41,714 nucleotides of DNA from NCBI GenBank assembly GCA_016234955.1, contig JACRNN010000045.1, positions 1 to 41,714 of the forward strand, in the 5' to 3' direction. This stretch comes from Deltaproteobacteria bacterium. Its GTDB lineage: Bacteria > Desulfobacterota > GWC2-55-46. This document shows, in pieces, positions 17,068-26,010 of the stretch (the first letter of the stretch is position 1; every line of letters begins with the position of its first letter). The notes beneath the pieces are model-generated. The model was given only the letters and a program-made list of their open reading frames with translations. It ran no database searches and was not told the DNA's origin. The translations under genes and the position numbers were made by a program.

Positions 17068-19122
17068 TCACGCCATCCCGAAGTCGCCCTCCTTCTCAAA
17101 CAGGACCATGAACTCGTCCTCCGGCGCCGGCTTTGAGAAGTAATACCCCTGCATCCTGTCGCAGTCGAGGTACTTCAGGAACTTGAACTGCTCGAACGTC
17201 TCCACGCCCTCGGCTATCACCTCGAGCTTCAGGCTGTGGGCGAGCCTTATTATGGCTATGGCTATCGAGGCGTCGTCCTGGCTCTGCGTAATGCCCTGGA
17301 CGAACGACCTGTCTATCTTGAGCATGTCTATAGGCATGCGTTTCAGATAGCTCAGGGATGAAAACCCGGTCCCGAAATCGTCTATCGAGAACCTTATGCC
17401 CGCCGACTTCAGCTCCCGCATCCTCTCTATCGTCTCCCCCGAGTTCTCCATGATGATGGACTCGGTGAGCTCGAGCTCCAGGTACCTGGGCGGCAGGCCC
17501 GTCTCCTCGAGTATCCGCATCACCGACTGGACGAAGTCGGCCTGCTTGAACTGGCGAGAGGAGATGTTAACCGCCATGATTACCGGGCGGCCTGCTTCAT
17601 GGAGCTTCCCGCATTGCAGGCACGCCATGCGCAGAATCCTTTCTCCGAGGTCGATGATGAGGCCGGTCTCTTCGGCCACGGGAATGAACTCCTCCGGGGA
17701 GATAAGCCCGGATTCCATGGACCGCCAGCGCGCCAGGGCCTCCACCCCCTCTATCCTCCCCGTCTTTATCGTCACCTGCGGCTGGTAATGGAGGAAGAAC
17801 TCGTTCCTTTCCAGCCCCTTGCGCATCATGTTCTCGGTATTGAAAAATTTATAGGCCTTTTCGTTCATGAACGGCCTGTATATCCTGTAAGTGCATCCGC
17901 CGTCCTCCTTCGCCTTGTACATGGCGGTGTCGGCGTTGGCCAGCAGCTCTTCGGCGTGCTGGCCGTCATACGGGTATATGCTCACCCCCATGCTCGCCGA
18001 CACATACGTCTCGCGCCCCTCGATGACGAACGGCACGCCGAGGGCGGTGTATATCTTTTTTATCACGTTCACCACGTCCTCCGGCTTGCCTATCTCGTGC
18101 AGGAGCACGGTGAACTCGTCCCCGCCGATCCTCGCGACGCTGTCGGGGCCGACCCTGGCCACGACGTCGCCCTCGAAGAGGCAACCCTTGAGCCTCTGCG
18201 CCACGGCGCTCAAGACCCCGTCGCCGAAGGCGTGCCCGAAGGTGTCGTTGATTATCTTGAACCTGTCGAGGTCGAGGAAGATTATCGCCGAGAACCTGTT
18301 CTTCCACCGGCTGCTCGCTATCATCCGGTTGAGCATGTCCAGGAGCATGCGGCGGTTGGGCAGCCCTGTCAGGAAGTCATAGTACGCCATCTCCCTTATC
18401 GTCTTTTCCGCCCTCCTCCGCTCTATTACGCCGGAGACTATGTCGGCCACGGAGGCCAGGAACTCGACCTCCTTTTCGTCCATCGGATGATCCTCCTCCA
18501 GGTAGAGGTTGATCACGCCGAGGGTCTCCCCCCTGTAGAGCATGGGGACGCAATAGTGTCCGTGGGGAACGATCCCTTCGTATCTGTTCTCATGTCGCTC
18601 ATCAACCAGCGCCGCGTACTCCATCTTGCGGTAGAGAGCCGCCCTCCCGCACAGGCACCTGCCGAAGGGGAGCCTTCCGCACAGGCTCAGCATCGACTCG
18701 GTAAACCCTATCTGCGCCTTGAGTGTCAGGGTGTCCGGCTCATCGACAATCCATATGCCGCCCTTCCTATTGGCGTTCGGGAACGGGGCGGTAATCAGGC
18801 AATCGAGCGTCTTCTCAAGCGTCTCCTCCAGGGGGGCGTCCTCCAGCGATATGGTGAGTATCCTGTTTATCAGCGTCTGATGGCGCAGGCTCTCCTTGAG
18901 CCTCTCATCGGCGTTCAATTTCCTTGAGGAGCTTGAACGCCAGAGGTAGAGCGCCGGGGCGGTGAGAGAGAGCAGGATGGTGGAATGGAGCAGATAATCG
19001 AGCGGGCCGTCGTGGATCGACAGGTACCGCGCTATCCTGTGCGTGGCGTATTCGATGCCGAGCACCATTGGCGTCCACACGGCCAGGGCGGCCCGGGAGT
19101 TTTTCTTAAGTCCTTCCTTCAT
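17068..19122 (-). CDS. Membrane-anchored GAF-GGDEF-EAL protein (diguanylate cyclase/phosphodiesterase)
   Basis: A 684-aa ORF with an ATG start and AGGGGGG upstream. The GGDEF motif is RIGGDEF and EAL motifs are EGVEALARWR...DDFGTGFSSLSYLK. It has an N-terminal hydrophobic segment and a GAF-like region. Confidence 0.9.
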   Translation of the reverse strand: MKEGLKKNSRAALAVWTPMVLGIEYATHRIARYLSIHDGPLDYLLHSTILLSLTAPALYLWRSSSSRKLNADERLKESLRHQTLINRILTISLEDAPLEETLEKTLDCLITAPFPNANRKGGIWIVDEPDTLTLKAQIGFTESMLSLCGRLPFGRCLCGRAALYRKMEYAALVDERHENRYEGIVPHGHYCVPMLYRGETLGVINLYLEEDHPMDEKEVEFLASVADIVSGVIERRRAEKTIREMAYYDFLTGLPNRRMLLDMLNRMIASSRWKNRFSAIIFLDLDRFKIINDTFGHAFGDGVLSAVAQRLKGCLFEGDVVARVGPDSVARIGGDEFTVLLHEIGKPEDVVNVIKKIYTALGVPFVIEGRETYVSASMGVSIYPYDGQHAEELLANADTAMYKAKEDGGCTYRIYRPFMNEKAYKFFNTENMMRKGLERNEFFLHYQPQVTIKTGRIEGVEALARWRSMESGLISPEEFIPVAEETGLIIDLGERILRMACLQCGKLHEAGRPVIMAVNISSRQFKQADFVQSVMRILEETGLPPRYLELELTESIIMENSGETIERMRELKSAGIRFSIDDFGTGFSSLSYLKRMPIDMLKIDRSFVQGITQSQDDASIAIAIIRLAHSLKLEVIAEGVETFEQFKFLKYLDCDRMQGYYFSKPAPEDEFMVLFEKEGDFGMA

Positions 19123-19268
19123 GACCCCCCTGGATAAGACAACACGCCTCCGGGTCTCAGGGTGAGGGCTTTGCAGGGAGCGTTTTTATCATGGTGGAAT
19201 CCCGGGTCAGGGGATGGGGAGGTCCGCGGCATGAAAAATCCCCTGTCAGGGACGCCTTACATGCCTAT

Positions 19269-19320
19269 TTGAACATGCATAGCGAGCGCATTACCCGCGG
19301 CTTGCCGCGGGGAGCTTCAA
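19269..19320 (-). repeat. R1-family repeat, short copy
   Basis: TTGAACATGCATAGCGAGCGCATTACCCGCGGCTTGCCGCGGGGAGCTTCAA lies immediately 3' of the HD-GYP gene stop at 19324. Confidence 0.8.
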
Positions 19321-19323
19321 GCC

Positions 19324-21522
19324 TCATGCGGTAGCGCAGGCAACGGACCCTACAAACACGTCCACTATATCAGGGTCGAACTGGGTGCCGCGGCAACGGT
19401 GGAGCTCATTTACGATGTCGGCCATGGACTTGCCCTTCCTGTAGGGCCTGTCGGCGCCCATGGCGTCCACGGTGTCGGCCACCGCCAATATCCTCGCCAT
19501 GAGCGGTATCGCGTCCCCCTTCAGACCGTCGGGGTACCCGGTGCCGTCATAGGCCTCGTGGTGGTGCCTGATGGCGGGCACGACTTCCTTCATCTGCTTT
19601 ATGGGAGCGAGTATCTCGGCGCCCTTTTTCGGGTGGAGCCTCATGACCCTGCTCTCCTCCGGGGTGAGCTTGCCGGGCTTGTCGAGTATGGCCTCATAGG
19701 TGGCGAGCTTGCCTATGTCGTGCAGAAGCCCGGCAAGCTCGATCGTCTTCAATTCCCCGGCTGTAAAACCGAGACCCTGCCCTATGGACAGGGCGATCTT
19801 CGTAACACGGTCGGAATGGCCGCTGGTCCACGGGCTCTTTGCGTCTATGGCCGCCGAGAGCGTCCTTACGACCCCGATGAAGAGCCCCTCGAGGTCTTCC
19901 ACGAGCCTGGAATTCTCGAGGGCCACCCCTATCTGGGAGGCGAGCTTCTCTATTATCGAGAGGTCTTCAGGGGCATAGGCCGCCTGACGCTTCGCCCCGA
20001 CGGACAGTATGCCCGCGACCTCGCCCTTTATGACGACGGGGACGCGCAGATGGGACAGAAACCCTTCTTCCATTAACATTTTCTCTAAATGCGGCGGGTC
20101 TTTCAACTCCCTGAGGTTGGCTATGAACTGGGGCCTGCGGGTCTTGAGCATATCCGTTGTGTTCGTATCCCTGAAGTCGATAAAGGACCCCTTCTTGATG
20201 CCCTCAATGCCGAACCCGGCGGCGTAATTGAAACCTTTTTTTTCTTCGTCGACCAGGGCTATCGTCGCCCTGTCGCAGGGGATTACCTTCCCCGTCATCC
20301 TCACCGCGGTTTCAAGTATCTCATCCGGCTCTATCATCGATAGTATGCCGACGTCTATCTCGTGCATGGCCTGTATGGTCTCCACCTTGCGCGACAGCTC
20401 CATGGTCTTGTCTATCGAGTCCTTGAAGAGCCGGGCCTCCTCAATGGCTGTGGAGACCTGGCTGGAGATGCCGCGGATGACCTGCCTGTCCCTTTCGGTA
20501 ATCCCCCCTGAGAACCTCCCGGTCTCTTGCGCGTAAAGGCACGCGAGCACGCCGAGGGGGTTCTCCCTGCCCATGAGCGGGATCATGACGCAGGCCTCGC
20601 CCCCCTCAACCCATTCAAACGGCGGGCCCGCCGGCCCACGGCTATCCTCTCCGCCAGTCGAGGGCCGCCCGGAGGAGAGCCTCTCAAGGACAGGCTCCCT
20701 CTTATTAAACGCCTTTTCTATGGAAGGGATATTCACGTCGAGGCTCTCAACCCTGAAAAAGGGGACCTTGTCGCGGGCAAGCCCGGAGGCGCGGCGCGGC
20801 CGGAGCTTGCCCGTCCTGTAGTCGATGGTATAGGCGAGACAGACGTCGCAGGCCATGACCCTGCCGACGCACTCCACGACGTGCTCCAGAAGCCCTTCTA
20901 TGTCGGTGGTCTGGGCCGTGGCGTCCGCTATCATAAGGAGACGCCTGTTAAGCTCCATCTCCGAGCCGATTTTTTCCTCGGCCTTCTTCGACTCGGTTAT
21001 GTCCTCCATGATATGGATGAAGAGGCTGTTCATGGATCCGCCGGCCTTCAACGGATAGCTCCTGACCTTAAAGGTTTTATTGACCGAGGGTACCGCCACC
21101 TCCTCTTCCTCTTCCTCTTCTTTCTTATCCTTGACGGACGCCTCCCACTCCCCGCAGTTCATACATACCTTGAAAGGGCCTTTCATTACAGGGAACACCT
21201 CATGGTAGACCCTGCCGATGATCTCCTTAAATGACAGCCCGGCGCACTCCATGTAGGCCCTGTTGCACCTTGTGACGTGGAAGTCCCTGTCATGGATGAA
21301 GATGGGGTCCGCTATGCTGTCGAAGGTCGATTCCCACTCGGCCTTGGCCCGCGCTATGCCCGTATTTGACTCGTTCAGGTCCTCGAGTATATAGAGCATG
21401 GCCCTGCGCGTCTCGTCAATGTCCCGCTCTCGTTCCCTGAGCCGCTCTATCTCGGAGGCGAGCCTTTTTAGCTGGAGTTCCAGCCCCTCCGCCCTTTTTG
21501 CCTCAACGTCCATTCCCCTCAC
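19324..21522 (-). CDS. PAS-GAF-GAF-HD-GYP domain protein (c-di-GMP phosphodiesterase type)
   Basis: A 732-aa ORF. HD-GYP motifs are LLHDIGKL and HHHEAYDGTGYPDGLKG. The GTG start 21522 overlaps the stop of the upstream PAS gene (GTGA); an alternative ATG is at 21513. Confidence 0.9.
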   Translation of the reverse strand: MRGMDVEAKRAEGLELQLKRLASEIERLRERERDIDETRRAMLYILEDLNESNTGIARAKAEWESTFDSIADPIFIHDRDFHVTRCNRAYMECAGLSFKEIIGRVYHEVFPVMKGPFKVCMNCGEWEASVKDKKEEEEEEEVAVPSVNKTFKVRSYPLKAGGSMNSLFIHIMEDITESKKAEEKIGSEMELNRRLLMIADATAQTTDIEGLLEHVVECVGRVMACDVCLAYTIDYRTGKLRPRRASGLARDKVPFFRVESLDVNIPSIEKAFNKREPVLERLSSGRPSTGGEDSRGPAGPPFEWVEGGEACVMIPLMGRENPLGVLACLYAQETGRFSGGITERDRQVIRGISSQVSTAIEEARLFKDSIDKTMELSRKVETIQAMHEIDVGILSMIEPDEILETAVRMTGKVIPCDRATIALVDEEKKGFNYAAGFGIEGIKKGSFIDFRDTNTTDMLKTRRPQFIANLRELKDPPHLEKMLMEEGFLSHLRVPVVIKGEVAGILSVGAKRQAAYAPEDLSIIEKLASQIGVALENSRLVEDLEGLFIGVVRTLSAAIDAKSPWTSGHSDRVTKIALSIGQGLGFTAGELKTIELAGLLHDIGKLATYEAILDKPGKLTPEESRVMRLHPKKGAEILAPIKQMKEVVPAIRHHHEAYDGTGYPDGLKGDAIPLMARILAVADTVDAMGADRPYRKGKSMADIVNELHRCRGTQFDPDIVDVFVGSVACATA

Positions 21523-22037
21523 CTGCCTTTTGTCCGTTCACAGACGGACCTGAGCCTGCGTACCTCCTGCCTGAGCTCCTCCATCTTCAGCTCCCTGCCG
21601 ACCATCACCTTGTTCATACGCTCCATCTCCGTGAGCCTCTGCTCAAGCTCGTTCTCAAGCCTCCTGCGTATGGTCATGTCCCGTATCACCCCTATGAACA
21701 TCCAGCTCCCGTCGAGCTTTTCCGCCGAAAGGCTCAACTCCACCGGGAACTTCAATCCGTCCTTTCTCAAGCCCTCAAGCTCGACCGTCTTGCCGATGAC
21801 CTTCGTCTCCCCCGTGGCGAGGAACCTCTCCATCCCCTTTCGGTGAGCCTCCCTGTACTCATCCGGTATAATAATCTCAATAGAACCGCCTGCCGCCTCA
21901 GCCTCGGAATAACCGAACATGAGCCCGGCCGCCCGGTTCCACAGGGTAATCCTGCCGCCCTCATCGACCGCCAGTATGGCGTCGAGCGAAATATCGACCG
22001 CAGTCTTGAACTTCTCCAGCTCATTGAGTTCGCGCAC
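21519..22037 (-). CDS. Stand-alone PAS domain protein with C-terminal coiled coil
   Basis: A 172-aa ORF with a GTG start and AGGAGG upstream. PAS features are ILAVDEGGRITLWNRAAGLMFGYSEAEAAG...GLRKDGLKFPVELSLS, followed by a heptad-rich tail. Confidence 0.8.
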   Translation of the reverse strand: MRELNELEKFKTAVDISLDAILAVDEGGRITLWNRAAGLMFGYSEAEAAGGSIEIIIPDEYREAHRKGMERFLATGETKVIGKTVELEGLRKDGLKFPVELSLSAEKLDGSWMFIGVIRDMTIRRRLENELEQRLTEMERMNKVMVGRELKMEELRQEVRRLRSVCERTKGR

Positions 22038-22294
22038 ATGACCTCCTGATTCGAGGGTAGCAACGATAGCTCGATAGCGAACGGAACCAATACCCGGAAG
22101 GCCCGTAAAAACAGGTCCTGCTCCGGATGCCTGCGAGCCAAAGCCGCGGAGCGGTTCATTTGATGTTTATCCGAGATGCTAAAGAGAGATTATACCAAAA
22201 AGACGGGGATGAAATTTCTACGAAGGGTCTTGATGCTCCGGGGTTTTGAAAAGATGTGCTCTTTTAAGCCTGTGGAATATGTGGATGCCTCATG

Positions 22295-22963
22295 CTACGC
22301 CTTTACGCCTGCCGCGCTTATCTCCTCTCTCATCCGGGATATGGTCTTGCCGTAATCCTTTGTCCCGAATATCCCCGAGCCTGAGACAAAGACGTCGGCC
22401 CCGGCGAGCGCTATCTGTCTTATGTTCTCCACCTTCACTCCGCCGTCCACCTCGAGCTCGATGGGACGGCCCGTCTCCTCTATCATCCTTCTTGCCCTGG
22501 CTATCTTCTTAAGGCTCGATTTGATGAAGCCCTGGCCGCTGAAGCCGGGGTTCACGGACATTATGAGCACGAGGTCGACGTCTTCAACGATATCCTCGAG
22601 GCAGCTTACCGGGGTCGCCGGGTTTATGGAGACCCCCGCCTTCACGCCGAGCTCCTTTATCGCCTGGACGGTCCTGTGCAAATGCCTGGTGGCCTCGGCA
22701 TGGACGGTGATAACGGAGCTCCCGGCCTTCGCGAACTCCGCTACGAACCTCTCCGGCGCGTCTATCATCAGGTGGACGTCGAGCGGGATTGAGGTCGCCC
22801 TCTTTATCGCCTCCACCACGAAAGGGCCTATCGATATGTTCGGGACGAAGCGGCCGTCCATGACGTCCACATGGACGTAGTCGGCGCCGGCGTCCCCTAT
22901 GTCCTTGAGCTCCTTCTCAAGCCTTGTAAAATCCGCTGACAGCACTGACGGAGATATCTTCAT
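22295..22963 (-). CDS. rpe: Ribulose-phosphate 3-epimerase
   Basis: Track ORF trimmed to the ATG at 22963 (MKISPSVLSADFTRLEKELKDI...), with GGAAGG upstream. Motifs include HVDVMDGRFVPN, DVHLM, MSVNPGFSGQGF and LEVDGG. Confidence 0.9.
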   Translation of the reverse strand: MKISPSVLSADFTRLEKELKDIGDAGADYVHVDVMDGRFVPNISIGPFVVEAIKRATSIPLDVHLMIDAPERFVAEFAKAGSSVITVHAEATRHLHRTVQAIKELGVKAGVSINPATPVSCLEDIVEDVDLVLIMSVNPGFSGQGFIKSSLKKIARARRMIEETGRPIELEVDGGVKVENIRQIALAGADVFVSGSGIFGTKDYGKTISRMREEISAAGVKA

Positions 22964-23187
22964 CGTTTCTGACCTTCCAATCTCTTTTTTGGGACGCCCG
23001 CTCCAAACCCCGGATGAATAAAGGGCCGGATACTCTATCTTCCTCTCCCGAGGGCCGTGCCCCATGCGCCCCACTCTATTTATTTAACAGATTCAGCCTC
23101 TTTTGTCCATTTTTAAATTCCATTTTTTTAGCGTTGCGAACCCTACCGATGGAGTGGCCGCAAGAGGCGGACTCGGGGGGGGGATGC

Positions 23188-24766
23188 TCAGCAGTAAAGG
23201 GGGCTCTTGCACGTCAAGACCTGCTCGGCCCTGGTCCCGGCCCTGTAGACAGTAATGCCCTTACACCCGAGCTTATAGGCCATGAGGTACGCGTCCCTCA
23301 CCTCCTCCACCGTCGCCCCCGGCGCGAGGTTTATGGTCTTGCTCACGGCGTTGTCCGTATGCCTCTGGAAAGCGGCCTGCATCCTTATATGCGCCTCCGG
23401 GCTTATATCGAAAGCCGTTGGGAAGACGTTTTTGACCGCCTCCGGGACGTCGTCCCTTTTCTTTATGTCCCCGTTGTCCGCCATGTAGCTGATAAGCTCA
23501 GGGGTGTAGAACCCCTCCTCCCTTGCGACCTCTTCCACAAGGGGGTTGACCTCCGGCATCCTGACCCCGTTCAAGACCTGTCTGGTATAGCTCAGGGAAT
23601 AGAACGGCTCTATGCCGGAGGAACACCCGGCTATGATGCTGAGCGTGCCCGTGGGGGCGATCGTCGTAGTCGTGGCGTTCCTCACCAACGCTCCCCCCGG
23701 CTTGTCAAATACGCTCCCCTTGAAGTTCGGGAACCCGCCCCTCGCCTTTGCCAGCGCCCTCGATTCGTCCCAGGACGTCTCCCTTATGAACCCCATCACC
23801 TCTTCGGCCCCTTACCGCGAGCCTGACCGTTGCCCCGAGCCTTTCATAATCGAGCGCCCAGGACCCGCCCTCCCTTTTGAGCATCCTTGAGAGGTTCAAG
23901 GACCCGAGGTTGCACGGCTCGTAGGAGAGGAGCGGCTGCTCCCCGCACGGGTTAGTGGCCTCTATGCCGCCGAGGAGCGGGGTGGGGTTGTCCCTGTTTA
24001 TCCTGTCTATGAAAATGACGCCCGGCTCGCCGTTCCTCCATGCGCACTCTACTATCCTGCCGAACACCTCGGCCGCGTCCTTAATCCCCACGATCATGCC
24101 TGTCCTCGGGTTTACAAGGGGGTAGCCGGCCCCCCTTTCCAGCGCGTCCATGAACTCATCCGTTATCGCCACGGAGAGGTTGAAGTTCGTGAACTCGGCC
24201 GGGTCTTCCTTAACCGTTATAAATGAGATGATGTCGGGATGGTCCACGCGCAGTATCCCCATGTTGGCCCCGCGCCGCGTTCCCCCCTGCTTTATCGCCT
24301 CGGTGGCGGCGTTAAAGACCCTCATGAAGGAGACCGGGCCGCTCGCCACCCCGCCGGTCGAGCCGACGATGTCGTTCGAGGGCCGGAGCCTCGAGAATGA
24401 AAAGCCCGTCCCTCCGCCGGACTGGTGTATTATGGCGGTGGTCTTAACGGCCTCGAATATCGACTCGAGCGAGTCCTCCACCGGAAGGACGAAACAGGCG
24501 GAGAGCTGCTGGAGCCTCCCGCCGGCGTTCATGATGGTCGGGGAATTCGGGAGGAAGCGGAGCGAGGCCATCAACCGGTGGAACTCCTCCTCGTAGCGCG
24601 CAACGTCCGCGTCCCTCGCATATAGCTTCTCGGCAAGGGCGACGTTGGCGGCAACGCGCCTGAACATCTCCTCAGGCGTCTCCGCGACCTTGCCGAACCG
24701 GTCTTTTTTAAGGTACCTGCGCTCAAGCACCGTGAGCGCGCCTGGCGTCAATTCGAGGGCCGTCAT
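23188..24766 (-). pseudogene. nrdJ: Class II (adenosylcobalamin-dependent) ribonucleotide reductase NrdJ, disrupted by an internal deletion plus frameshift
   Basis: Two track ORFs cover it (23705..24766 and 23188..23799). The N-part is colinear with Thermotoga NrdJ up to ...TVRLAVR ([35 protein letters not shown]). The C-part resumes in another frame at [29 protein letters not shown]. About 53 aa are absent (FLDNVIDV...GLGxMGFADLL...). The junction is at about 23805-23812. Confidence 0.8.
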
Positions 24767-24896
24767 GACCGTATTCTATCAGGTATGGACCCGGGGCGCA
24801 ACATGAAGGCCTGTTTAAGGTTTGGCAAAGTCCGCTTCAATATGTTATATAAAGAGCGCTGAATGGACGTGCGGCAAAAAAAGGGGGAATAAGTAT

Positions 24897-25439
24897 ATGA
24901 TCGATATCCGGGGCGCAAGGCCCGTCTATGCGGCCTTGTTTTTAATGATAGCCCTTGCATTGCTCTCCGGGTGCAAGAAGGTTGAAAAGGAAAAAGCCTC
25001 CGTTATGGAGAACCTGCCCGCCGGGGCCCGCGCGGCGGCGCCGCCGTTTACGATAAAGACGCTTGCCGGGAATGAAATCAGCCTTGAGAAGCTCAAAGGG
25101 AAGGTGGTCGTGATAAACTTCTTCGCCTCATGGTGCGGCCCCTGCGCGTACGAGGCCCCCGTGCTCCAGAGGCTCTATCTCAAATACCGGGAGAGCGGGG
25201 TGGAGTTCGTCGGCATAGCCGTGCAGGACAGTCTTGAAGCGGCCTCCGGCTTTGTAAAGGAGCACGGCTGGACCCTGCCGGTGGGGCTCGACAAGAACGA
25301 CGCCATATCCGGCGCGTACAATGTGTTCGGGGTGCCCAAGACCAGCCTGGTGGGAAAAGACGGACGCATCGCTTACGAGCACATGGGCGCCGTCACCGAG
25401 GAAGTCCTCGACGCGGAGATAAAAAAGGCGATGCGATAA
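24897..25439 (+). CDS. TlpA/ResA-like thiol-disulfide oxidoreductase lipoprotein
   Basis: Track ORF trimmed to the ATG at 24897, with GGGGG upstream. The lipobox is LALLSGC and the thioredoxin motif is FFASWCGPC. Confidence 0.85.
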   Translation: MIDIRGARPVYAALFLMIALALLSGCKKVEKEKASVMENLPAGARAAAPPFTIKTLAGNEISLEKLKGKVVVINFFASWCGPCAYEAPVLQRLYLKYRESGVEFVGIAVQDSLEAASGFVKEHGWTLPVGLDKNDAISGAYNVFGVPKTSLVGKDGRIAYEHMGAVTEEVLDAEIKKAMR

Positions 25440-25493
25440 AGGCGGAGCCCCTCCGAAGCGATAGTCCCTTGCCGCGGCCCGAGGGGCCTGACA

Positions 25494-25526
25494 GTTGCGG
25501 GGAATGCGCTCGCTATGCATGTTCAA
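25494..25526 (+). repeat. R1-family repeat, short copy
   Basis: GTTGCGGGGAATGCGCTCGCTATGCATGTTCAA, with degenerate hairpin remains upstream (CCTTGCCGCGGCCCGAGGGG). Confidence 0.75.
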
Positions 25527-25530
25527 AAAG

Positions 25531-25648
25531 ATTAAGATGCAAGGGGTCGAGAAAGTGAGGCAGGGCTCCCATTGCGTCTTTACAATTGCAATGGGAAGGC
25601 GTACAAGGATAGTACGCCGCGGATGGGCTTTTTAAGCGGCCTGTTAAG
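25531..25648 (-). repeat. R2-family repeat, copy 2 (inverted relative to 7937-8046)
   Basis: The reverse complement reads TTAACAGGCCGCTTAAAAAGCCCATCCGCGGCGTAC-N7-GTACGCC...CTCACTTTCTCGACCCCTTGCATCTTAAT. It carries an extra hairpin, CCCATTGC-N12-GCAATGGG, and overlaps the stop codon of the zinc-ribbon gene. Confidence 0.7.
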
Positions 25649-25826
25649 CGTGCCCCCCGCCCTTCTCAAGGTTTTCGATCATATCGGTGAACATCGTCCC
25701 CCTTATCGTGGTCTTCTCCCCGCACTGTGGACACTCTATCACGGCGCCGTCCTTGAGGTCCTTCGCCTTTTTGCTGAACTCCTTGTTGCAGACGGGGCAT
25801 GTTATCTTGATAACCAGATCCGCCAT
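25644..25826 (-). CDS. Small zinc-ribbon protein (CxxC...CxxC)
   Basis: A 60-aa ORF, MADLVIKITCPVCNKEF...VIECPQCGEK, with a strong RBS (AGGAG 8 nt upstream). Confidence 0.7.
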   Translation of the reverse strand: MADLVIKITCPVCNKEFSKKAKDLKDGAVIECPQCGEKTTIRGTMFTDMIENLEKGGGHA

Positions 25827-26010
25827 CTCAATCGCTCCTTACCTGATTTCGTTCCCTTCCCTATCCACGGCCCTTTACGCGAAAAAGCCGCCACATATCT
25901 GTACCACAGAAATAACTTCCGGGCAACCCCGCTCTGAGCGGGCTAATGAACCCTCCGAGGCTTAAAAACCCAGATGGCTTCAGAACGCCAAGGATTATCG
26001 CTCCCATAAA

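Noticed and set aside
17599-18927. A 442-aa plus-strand ORF opposite the GGDEF-EAL gene, and the 453-aa ORF 35763..37124 opposite ftsK.
   Set aside because: Same reasoning: both are antisense to strongly supported genes and have biased, motif-free products.
23790-23830. The nrdJ frame change as programmed frameshifting or an intein/intron footprint.
   Set aside because: About 53 conserved residues are simply missing, with no inserted sequence and no slippery site. Inteins and introns add sequence rather than remove extein or exon. Deletion or misassembly explains it better.
24767-24896. A possible NrdR box or cobalamin riboswitch upstream of nrdJ (AT-rich TCAATATGTTATATAAAG).
   Set aside because: It lacks the ACAC/GTGT ends and the paired-box spacing of NrdR operators. 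The 130-nt leader is too short for a B12 riboswitch and shows no B12-box-like core.
25128-25526. A 132-aa minus-strand ORF, and ORF 31389..31679 (+), both beginning around ...NMHSERIPRG.
   Set aside because: The shared peptide is just the translation of the R1 repeat. The first ORF is otherwise antisense to the TlpA-like gene and the second is antisense to the PEP-CTERM gene.
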